NCBI RefSeq assembly: GCF_006345805.1
Contig: NW_021824803.1
Span: 1 to 17,232, forward strand
Origin: Octopus sinensis
Taxonomy: Eukaryota
Length of the DNA stretch: 17,232 nt
Direction of reading: 5' to 3'
Part shown: positions 9,190-17,232 of the stretch, piece by piece
Position numbering within the stretch: position 1 is the stretch's first letter
Layout of the letters: each line of letters starts with the position of its first letter
Position numbers and translations under genes: made by a program
Notes under the pieces: model-generated
What the model saw: only the letters and a program-made list of their open reading frames with translations
What the model was told of the DNA's origin: nothing
Database searches by the model: none

Positions 9190-9800
9190 TGCTTTAAAGT
9201 TAAAATGTCATTACCATGAGAGCCAAACAATTCCTTAGACACTTGTAACCTGGGTTGCAAAGTTTTCTTCCTAAAGCCAAGTAACTTTCATTAAACATTC
9301 GTTTCCCAAACAATACCGTTTCAAGAACATTTATAAATTGTTCAAAATAACCACCGTCTTCAATATGTCTTCTCAATTCAGCAAGATATCTGACTGATGT
9401 ATTATCGTCTGCACTGCACTTTCCCTCTAGCTACAATTTAATATTATGGATTTCAAATCGTCGGCTAAACCTGTCGAACCATCTAGAACATCCAGAAATG
9501 TTTCGTCGATGATTCGTCTTTCATTTTCGTTTTCTTTGGACTGGAATGGCAGCCTTCGTTTTTGATAGTCATTTGACTTAAAGGAATGGACTTTTGATAG
9601 CAATCTTTGATCAAACTTAACAAAAGACGTTTCATTTTAATCTTTGCAATGCTTTTGATGTTTGGAGATTCGATGATGAAGCAACAGTTTGTTCGTTTTC
9701 TTTATAAAACTCTGTGTTCTAAATAATTTTACGTGCTGTTCATTCCCCGATAACATCAATTCAGCCTGTATTAGCTTTTTTTCGTTCTACTTTTCATTAT
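9190..9800 (-). pseudogene. Decayed Tigger/pogo (CENP-B-like) transposase
   Basis: Minus-strand translation gives MKRLLLSLIKDCYQKSIPLSQMTI, WFDRFSRRFEIHNIKL (W codon 9481-9479) and YLAELRRHIEDGGYFEQFINVLETVLFGKRM. These match the pogo-family GWF..FK.R and Q.FN.DETGLFWK.M motifs. Stops are present and the boundaries are approximate. Confidence 0.8.
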
Positions 9801-9977
9801 TGTTATTTCCTTAGCAATAATATTTCTATGGTTGAGAAGCGAACTTTTAACAACACAATCATACATTTATGTGTGTGCACGCGTACTCTAGTTGTAAGAG
9901 GACCAGTACAGTGTAGATTATGATTAACTAAACATCCCTAAACCTAAATATATATTTTGCTTCACCATAAAAAAATG

Positions 9978-10263
9978 GTCCAGCGGTTAGGGCAGCAGAC
10001 TCGCAGTCGGAGGAACGCGGTTTCGATTCCCAAACAGGGCATTGTGTGTGTTTATTGAGCGAAAACACCTAAAGCTCCACGAGGCTCAGGCAGGGGGTGG
10101 TGGCGACCCCTGTTGTACTCTTTCGCCCCAACTTTCTCGCTCTCTCTTCCTGTTTCTTGAGTAACGCTGCGATGGACTGGCGTCCCGCCCAGATGGGGGG
10201 AACACATACGCCACAGAAACCGGGAAACTGGGCCCATGAGCCTGGCTAGGCTTGAAAAGGGCG
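9978..10263 (+). mobile_element. SINE family A, tail type 3, slightly 5'-truncated
   Basis: Family A head and core followed by a third tail (GCGATGGACTGGCGTCCC...CAGAAACCGGG). Perfect 12-bp TSD CATAAAAAAATG at 9966-9977 and 10264-10275. Confidence 0.85.
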
Positions 10264-10462
10264 CATAAAAAAATGTTTAATTAGGTCCCGTGGTTAGATT
10301 GTGTAACATTTTTGACACCTCGGAACCAAACGGTTTCATTTTCTTTCCTTTTTTAAAAGTTTTAACGACTTACTGGATTCACTTACCTCTGCTTCCGAGG
10401 CGGCTGAGCAAAGCAATGTTATGCCAGCTATAATGGTACAATGCGGACAAAATTAAATGTAC

Positions 10463-10615
10463 GACGTGGACGAACAGTTAAGAAGGTCGCTCCGCAATCT
10501 CAGAATCCCGCGTTCAATTATACTGTGTATAGCATCTTAGGTCTTTTGCTATAAGCACGCGTCAATCCAAACCTGTGAGCGATTTGGCGTAGATGGAAAC
10601 TATATGGAGTCCGTA
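10463..10615 (+). mobile_element. Old diverged 5' half of a family-B-like SINE
   Basis: Weak collinear similarity to the family B head and core, e.g. GTGAGCGATTTGGCGTAGATGGAAACT vs GTGAGTGGATTTGGTAGACGGAAACT. Confidence 0.55.
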
Positions 10616-10789
10616 GTAATGAATTGAGCTCGTCATTAAATGGCCAAGCCTTATCATACTGTATCACACCATTATCATACTGTCTCATATATGGATAAAG
10701 ATGCATCTATGCATGTGTGGCAGAAGCAGACAGACAGTGAGATATGCAGAGGTACAGAGTGGTCTCTATGTGTCACTAAGACAGTCATG

Positions 10790-11175
10790 TACTCTTTTAC
10801 TCCTTTACTTGTTTCAGTCATTTGACTGCGGCCATGCTGGAGCACCGCCTTTAGTCGAGCAAATCGACCCCAGGACTTATTCTTTGTAAGCCTAGTACTT
10901 ATTCTATCGGTCTCCTAGGCCAAACCGCTAAGTTACGGAGACGTAAACACACCAGCATCGGTTGTCAAGCGATGTTGGGGGAACAAAGACACACACACAC
11001 ACACACACATACATACGACGGGTTTCTTTCAGTTTCCGTCTACCAAATCCACTCACAAGGCTTTGGTTGGCCCGAGGCTATAGTAGAAGACACTTGCCCT
11101 AGGTGCCACGCAGCGGGAATGAACCGGCAACCATGTGGTTGGTAAGCAAGCTACTTACCACACAGCCACTCCTAC
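10790..11175 (-). mobile_element. SINE family B
   Basis: Near-identical to 940-1344, with a central (CA)n tract. Confidence 0.9.
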
Positions 11176-11250
11176 ATACTACATAGAAAGAAATCTGTGT
11201 GCATGAGCGTGTGTATGTGTATGTGTGTGAAACACACGAGCTGTTAAACA

Positions 11251-11465
11251 CGAGGGAGTGGTGAAAAGTCCCTGGCTTTAAGGGTATCGCGAAAGCCCTT
11301 AGTGGATGTCCAACCTTCCGAGTTCTTTCACAGGGTTTTGAAAAACTGAAGGACCGCTGCAATAAGTGTGAATCTGAAAGGGGAATATGTTGAATAAAAT
11401 CATAATCAACTGATTTTCCTGTATTTTCTTTTCCCCAAAGCCTGGAGCTTTTCAACATTCCCTCG
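11251..11465 (+). mobile_element. Mariner-derived MITE
   Basis: Imperfect ~29-bp TIRs (CGAGGGAGTGGTGAAAAGTCCCTGGCTTT and AAAGCCTGGAGCTTTTCAACATTCCCTCG). Retains a frameshifted transposase C-terminus, GFEKLKDRCNKC/NLKGEYVE*. Confidence 0.85.
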
Positions 11466-11734
11466 TGTGGCACGAAGATGGTTACGTGTGTGACACTGGA
11501 AAAGCTTTACGTGTGAGATACAAGGACAGTTATATATCTACGTCCTATACTAATGTGATACAGAAATACACAATACAACCAGAACAACAATAACAATTGC
11601 GTGAAATAATAAATCCTCATATTATCAGAAATGTACCACACACGTATAGGGAGCGGTATGTGTATGTGTGTTTGCTAAACTGAATCTGCTTCAGTGCATG
11701 GTTGATAATTAAGTTTTTGACTAAAGACAGATGA

Positions 11735-11840
11735 AAGCTAGACCTAAATTCTAACATGATTCGAACCCAGAAGATAATGAGGCAGGAGTTTATACGATAA
11801 AGCATTTATCCATTTGGGTGCTGTACCGTCTCTGCTACTC
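11735..11840 (-). mobile_element. Old diverged fragment of a family-C-like SINE head
   Basis: Weak reverse-complement similarity to 5448-5530 (ATTCGAACCCAGAAG...AAGCATTT...GTGCT). Confidence 0.4.
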
Positions 11841-11866
11841 TTCACTATCTAAGCATTGGCTATAAT

Positions 11867-12244
11867 GTGGAAGCACTCCGTCGGTTACGACGACGAGGGT
11901 TCCGGTTGATCCGATCAACGGAACAGCCTGCTCGTGAAATTAACGTGCAAGTGGCTGAGCACTCCACAGACACGTATACCCTTAACGTAGTTCTCGGGGA
12001 TATTCAGCGTGACACAGAGAGTGACAAGCCGCCCTTGAAATACAGGTACAACAGAAACAGGAAGTAAGAGTGAGAGAAAGTTGTGGTGAAAGAGTACAGC
12101 AGGGATCACCACCATCCCTGCCGGAGCCTCATGGAGCTTTAGGTGTTTTCGCTCAATAAACACTCACAACGCCCGGTTTGGGAATCGAAACCGCGATCCT
12201 ACGACCGCGAGTCGGCTGCCATAACCACTGGGCCATTGCGCCTC
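11867..12244 (-). mobile_element. SINE family A, tail type 1, full length
   Basis: Reverse complement of 367-755. 13-bp TSD CATTGGCTATAAT at 11854-11866 and 12245-12257. Confidence 0.92.
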
Positions 12245-12784
12245 CATTGGCTATAATATTAAACATTTAAATCAGGTTGGTCGATTATTTAGTTTGGATT
12301 ACTTGCTAAGGTTATCTCTACAGATATTCAATAGAAATTATAGCCATGTCTGATTTTTGTTACGACGTCTCGGATATGAAACGTCGTAACAAAAGTGCAC
12401 TGCTAACACAGTAGAACACGGTATTGACTTCTAATATCGGCTCCATATTGACTTATAAAAAATTTTTAAAAAAAAACGTTTAATTTACTTTATAGTATAT
12501 TATGGTTGCATTATGAAAAACTGCGTCCCTATAAGTCATTATTTTGGGTCATGGCAGTTGGGTTGGTAATGAGGTAATGTCCGAAGTGAAATGCCCATAA
12601 CACTTTGCTGGAACTCCGAGATTGTTGGAGGGCAGGTGTAATTTATCTTCAGACTGGAGACCGTGTCCGAATTCTTACAATAGCATGGACTCTGGTGATG
12701 GCACTCAGGAGCCAGACAATGTCGTTAAATCAGGCGGCATATTAAATCTACCACTCAACGACGAGAGAGGTCCTTCCTCCACAC

Positions 12785-12925
12785 TGTTTCCGCCTTCCAA
12801 ATTCCACTGACAAGGAATTAGTCAAACTAAGGCAATGGTAGAGACACTTGCAAAAGGGTACCGAGCTGTGGAATGGAACCCGAAACCTCATAGTTACGGA
12901 GAGTACTTTTCACTGCACAGTTATA
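12785..12925 (-). mobile_element. Old diverged family-B-like SINE 5' half
   Basis: CCAAATTCCACTGACAAGG...GACACTTGC...GAACCCGAAACC aligns with 1208-1330. Confidence 0.6.
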
Positions 12926-13764
12926 TCTACAATTTACGCTTGTGTTTTTGAGAGAAGCAAGGACACCACAATCTCATTTACCTTTCATTTTGAATCAGGA
13001 TTTTCTGCTTAAATATTCTTAATCGTAACCCATAAAACGGTGGAACGAGACGTGTGCTTGCATTGTGCCCATCTCAGACACTTAACTCTACTTTCGCAAA
13101 GTTTCATACCTATTGAATACATTAGTGCTTAATTAATTGTATCTCATTAACGCATTTGAGTCACATAAAATTGAAGTTGTCTTGACGTGGTGTGGATTGA
13201 ATAATGAGACTTTCAGGTCCGAGGTACTTAAAACCATTGATAGATTCAGTAGAAATAATATCTTAAATGACTCCGACATCTCTTATGGTGTATGTCGGCG
13301 CTAATTCTAGCTGCAAACATTAAAATAGTGAACGAGTTGAACTCGCAAATCTCTCTAATTAAGCAGAAGACTATCTCAGCATTATCTCAGCTTTTGATCT
13401 TTCACACCAATTCAACCTCTTAAAATTACGAACTTCGTCAACAAAGAAAATCTAAACTCAATAAAATGTCTGCAATAGCAATGTTTAGTCTAAGCAGGAA
13501 TTTCTTCCTTCTATGAAAATGTAGAATACATACAGTTCTTGCTGTTGTTATTGACTCATGGTGACACACGCCACCACTAGTTTCCCCTACTTCAGTGACT
13601 GCATTTCAATATATTTGTACTTTATGAATTTTTATTGTCATACGTTGCAGTCATACGTTACTGTGGCACGTCGTAGACGTTTTAACCCAGTGGTTTTCAA
13701 CCAGGGCCCACATATGATTTCGTTGGTAAAACTTTGTGCGATAAATTGGCTATATACTTCTATA

Positions 13765-14049
13765 TACTCTTTTACTTGTTTCAGTCATTTGACTGTGGCC
13801 ATGCTGGAGCACCGCCTTTAGTCGAGCAAATCGACCCCAGGACTTATTCTTTGTAAGCCTATAGTACTTATTCTATCGGTCTCCTTTTGCCGAACCGCTA
13901 CATTACGGAGGCGTAAACACACCAGCATCATCGGTTGTCAAGCGATGTTGCGGGGGACGGGGGAGGGTGGGGCAAACACAGACGCAAACAGTGGAACTGA
14001 ACCCAATACCACATGGTTGAGAAGCAAGTTTCTTTAACTACGGCCACGC
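13765..14049 (-). mobile_element. SINE family B with internal deletion
   Basis: The tail half (13765-13987) joins directly to the tRNA head (AGTGGAACTGAACCC...); the core segment is missing. Confidence 0.85.
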
Positions 14050-14425
14050 TGGAGCCACTCACGCTTCTACATATTAAAAAAAAAACAAAAAGATCCCCCA
14101 AAACAAGCATTCTTTCTCGTCATCGAGGATTTTTTTTTCTCTTTCATTTATTTTTTCCAGTCAAATCGGTTATGGAAATAGTGGAATTGAAGTTCTGAAG
14201 AAACTACCGCGTCTGTTTTTAAACAGCAATGCTACACAAGTAACCCTCTCCTCGCCGCTTTCTCAATATATGGAAGCTATATATTTCACAGAAAATATAT
14301 TGAATCTAATCGATAGTCGCAAACATATCTTCAGTTGTTTAACTGAAGGCTATGGCCTCTTGCAGTCTGTCCCTGAATACTAGTATAGCCTATAGTCATG
14401 TCCATAACGAAGTGCGCGACAGCTA

Positions 14426-14428
<3 letters not shown>

Positions 14429-14469
<41 letters not shown>

Positions 14470-14653
14470 CTCTCTCACACACGCGCGCGTACACACTCAC
14501 ACACATACACAAACACACACACTATTTATCTCTCATATCTATCTTTTATATCACCAATATTTATAGATTGTTTTGTTCTGTCAAAAGGAATGCTAACGCT
14601 CAACACACACGCACGCACGCACGCACGCACACGTACGTACGTACACATGAAGA

Positions 14654-14691
<38 letters not shown>

Positions 14692-14870
14692 CATGACACA
14701 CACGTAATAACACATGCTTACACACACGCGACATGCACATACACCACTACATTCTCTTCTCACATACATATACAGCTGTAAAGAGACCTCCAAATGTTTC
14801 CATGTGTGTTGTGTGTGTGTGTGTGTGTGTGTATGCGTGTGTGTGTGTGTGTGTGTGTGTGATTGTGTGC
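14429..14870. repeat. Compound microsatellite (CT)/(CA)/(CACG)/(TG)
   Basis: Read directly from the sequence. Confidence 0.95.
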
Positions 14871-15158
14871 GTATACACCACTCGGTACACTATGTGTGAC
14901 TCAGTCTTTGTTTAAATATAATAATTGCATTATAAATATGATTTAAAAGTCTTATAGTTTATGATTGAAGACTGTTGCTATGATACGGCATGTAGGGTGG
15001 CTGGGTAGAATAATGAAAGTCACATGACTAGTGTTTAAAACCACCAGGAAACGGGACTGTAAACTGTGACCTCCACCTTTAATTGTATGGGCTTTGGGAG
15101 CACGTGACATATACTCATGTCTCTAAGCTAGCGCCGGGTATGCATAAACCGAACGAGG

Positions 15159-15231
15159 ACAGTTGATCGAGAGAACAGTTTACCGAAAACAGTTGACCGA
15201 AAAGAAGTTGATCGAACTAACGGTTTCTCGA
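15159..15231. repeat. Five ~15-bp-period repeats with core ACAGTTGAYCGA
   Basis: Units start at 15159, 15175, 15189, 15204 and 15220. Confidence 0.8.
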
Positions 15232-15351
15232 AGTGTTTAATAATCAAAATTATAACAATTTCTTTTTTTTTTCTTTTGTAAATGTTATATTGTCACGATG
15301 TATTTAAATATTTTTAAGAATTAGAACATAAAAACCAATGCAGTTTATAGT

Positions 15352-15392
15352 CGTGTGTGCGTGCGTGGTGCGTGCGTGCGTGCGTGCGTGCA

Positions 15393-15484
<92 letters not shown>

Positions 15485-15487
15485 TGT
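15352..15487. repeat. (TGCG)n microsatellite, about 30 units
   Basis: Read directly from the sequence. Confidence 0.97.
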
Positions 15488-15978
15488 GATATTTGTAGTT
15501 GGCCCTAATGTGAGATTATAATGCCTTTAAAAAAATTGTTGAACTGCTACTTTTTTCGTTCATGAAAAACACGAGCAGCACTCTCAAATATTGATTCAGT
15601 TATCACGGATTTTGAACCAGCTTTGATCAAGGTCTTCAAAAGATATTAAGATAAATTACACCCCTTTCCATACATAAATATGATACACACACAAGCACAT
15701 ACGAACACACACACAGTATACTTTTATTCTTTTACTTGTTTCAGTCGATTTGACTGCGGTCATGCTGGAGCACCACCTTAAAGTGATTTTTTTTAGTCGA
15801 AGCACTCGACCCCCAGGACTTATTCTTTGTAAGCTTAGTACTTATTCTATCGGCCTCTTTGGCCGAACCGCTAGGTTACGGGGACGTAAACACACCAACA
15901 TCGCATGTCAGGTAATGGTGGTGGGGACAAACACAGACACAAAGACACACACACATAAATATATATATATATATATAC

Positions 15979-16317
15979 AAAACAAATATAAGAGAGTGGT
16001 CAATATATTGCTCACTCTAGCACCAGTTAATCCAAAAGGTTTCAACCACGAAGATACATGTTTCCCATGAAAGCCAGTACTACTGTTAGCTCACACGGAC
16101 AGGGCAAGTAAAAAAATAACAAAAATACAGATTATTTTGGGACAATTGTTTCGCTATTAATGAATTATTAAATGTAATATTACTTAAAAAAATCCATTTG
16201 TAGCTCGTCAGCCAAGACTATCTGATGAAATCCACTCAATCACACGCCAGATTATACCATAACGATAAATACGCGTGCGGTTCAATGATTACATCCGACG
16301 TTATAATTCAAATGCCC
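15979..16317 (-). mobile_element. Hammerhead-bearing insertion (Penelope-like pseudo-LTR or retrozyme-like)
   Basis: Unique ~340 bp flanked by TATATATATATAC (15966-15978) and TATATTTATATAC (16318-16330). Contains a full hammerhead motif and no convincing ORF. Confidence 0.65.
16137..16215 (-). ncRNA. Type I hammerhead ribozyme motif
   Basis: Minus strand reads stem I TTGG, core CTGACGA, stem II GCTA..(44 nt)..TAGC, GAAA, stem III ACAATTGT (sharing the last A), C17, stem I CCAA. GUC triplet; predicted cut between 16141 and 16140. Confidence 0.85.
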
Positions 16318-16534
16318 TATATTTATATACGACGAGTTTCTTTCAGTTTCCGTCTACCAAATCTACTCACAAGGCTTTGGTCGGCCCGAGGCTATAGTAG
16401 AAAACACTTGCCCAAGGTGTCACGCAGTGGGACTGATCCCGGAGTCATGTGCTTGAAAAGCAAGCTTCTTACCACACAGCCACGCCTGCACCTATAATAT
16501 ATATTTTTTAATATTTTAATTAAGCATGAAAATG

Positions 16535-17167
16535 CGAGAGTGGGCTGCAAAAGTTCATGGGCTGACTAAGAAGGAGTTATCATACATTAATTAAATTTGG
16601 CATGCATTAAATTCAATCTTAACTAATACTAACTGCATTTTTTTTCTTTCCAGATAAGCCCACATAGGATACAGAATTGAGGACTTGGAAAAGTGATACA
16701 AGAGACATTTCTTGAAAACGGACAAATTTGGCACCGTAGTGTTATCAAATATTTGCAAAATATGGGGTTAGCCCCCAAAGACATTCATGCTGACATGGTT
16801 TCTACATTAGGGGATGATGCTCTAACTTTATCAATTGTGGGTTGTTGGATTCAAGAGGGGTAGGAAGAGTCTTGAAGATGACCCAAGGTCCGGACGTCCT
16901 GCCACAGCCACCACCCAAGAAAACATCGACGTGATAGATGACAGACGTTTAAATGTTAATCAGATAGCTAATAGGGTCCTTCTTCATCAGGACAATACTC
17001 CTGCACACAAGTCTGTGTCTGTAATGGCTACTGTGATTTGTCACCATCTGATTATTTTCTGTTCCGTAACATGAAAAAACAAAACTTGGCTGGGAAACAG
17101 TAACGGACCGATGATGAGGTTATATCGGCTGTTGAGGTCTTTTTCGAGGGTCAGGATAAGAGCTTCT
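16535..17167 (+). pseudogene. Internally deleted mariner transposon with decayed transposase
   Basis: Left TIR-like CGAGAGTGGGCTGCAAAAGTTC. Translations: HRSVIKYLQNMGLAPKDIHADMVSTLGDDA, FKRGRKSLEDDPRSGRP, VLLHQDNTPAHKS, SDYFLFRNMKK, DDEVISAVEVFFEGQDKSF. Frameshifts and deletions are present, and a SINE cuts it at 17168. Confidence 0.9.
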
Positions 17168-17232
17168 TATTTCTTTACTACCCACAAGGGGCTAAACACA
17201 GAGGGGACAAACAAGGACAGACAAACGGATTA
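17168..17232 (-). mobile_element. 3' tail of SINE family C (continues beyond the window)
   Basis: Reverse complement of ~5598-5662. Confidence 0.88.

Larger units (their letters stand above)
15719..16493 (-). mobile_element. SINE family B split at its central (TA)n by a ~340-bp insertion
   Basis: The tail half (15719-15978) and head half (16318-16493) are collinear with 940-1344. Confidence 0.85.

Noticed and set aside
8565-9238. Tyr/Ile/Val/Cys-rich ORFs
   Set aside because: Microsatellite translations; the same applies to 7341-7588 and 14398-14915.
12622-12810. 62-aa ORF as a host exon
   Set aside because: No recognisable motif, and its end runs into an old SINE remnant.
15159-15231. CRISPR-like array
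   Set aside because: Spacers are only 2-4 bp, there are no cas genes, and the context is eukaryotic.
16222-16228. Plus-strand CTGATGA as a second, opposite-polarity hammerhead core
   Set aside because: No downstream stem II followed by GAAA could be found.

Overview
Non-coding, AT-rich, repeat-saturated eukaryotic DNA, most likely an octopod cephalopod. That assignment is inferred from the tRNA/CORE-type SINE families and the microsatellite density; no database search was run. I can support no intact host gene: the listed ORFs are microsatellite or repeat translations. The window holds three tRNA-derived SINE families, one with three alternative tails. It also holds a GG-ended MITE (24-bp TIR, 8-bp TSD) carrying (CCCTAA)n, a non-autonomous Helitron, hAT-like MITEs, decayed mariner and Tigger/pogo transposases, and a fossil CR1/Jockey-group LINE RT split by a microsatellite block and a SINE. 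The most notable signal is a complete type I hammerhead ribozyme motif (minus strand, 16137-16215) inside a ~340-bp insert in the (TA)n tract of a SINE. Further hammerhead-like segments abut (TA)n tracts at ~7.8-9.0 kb, suggesting microsatellite-targeted Penelope-like or retrozyme elements.
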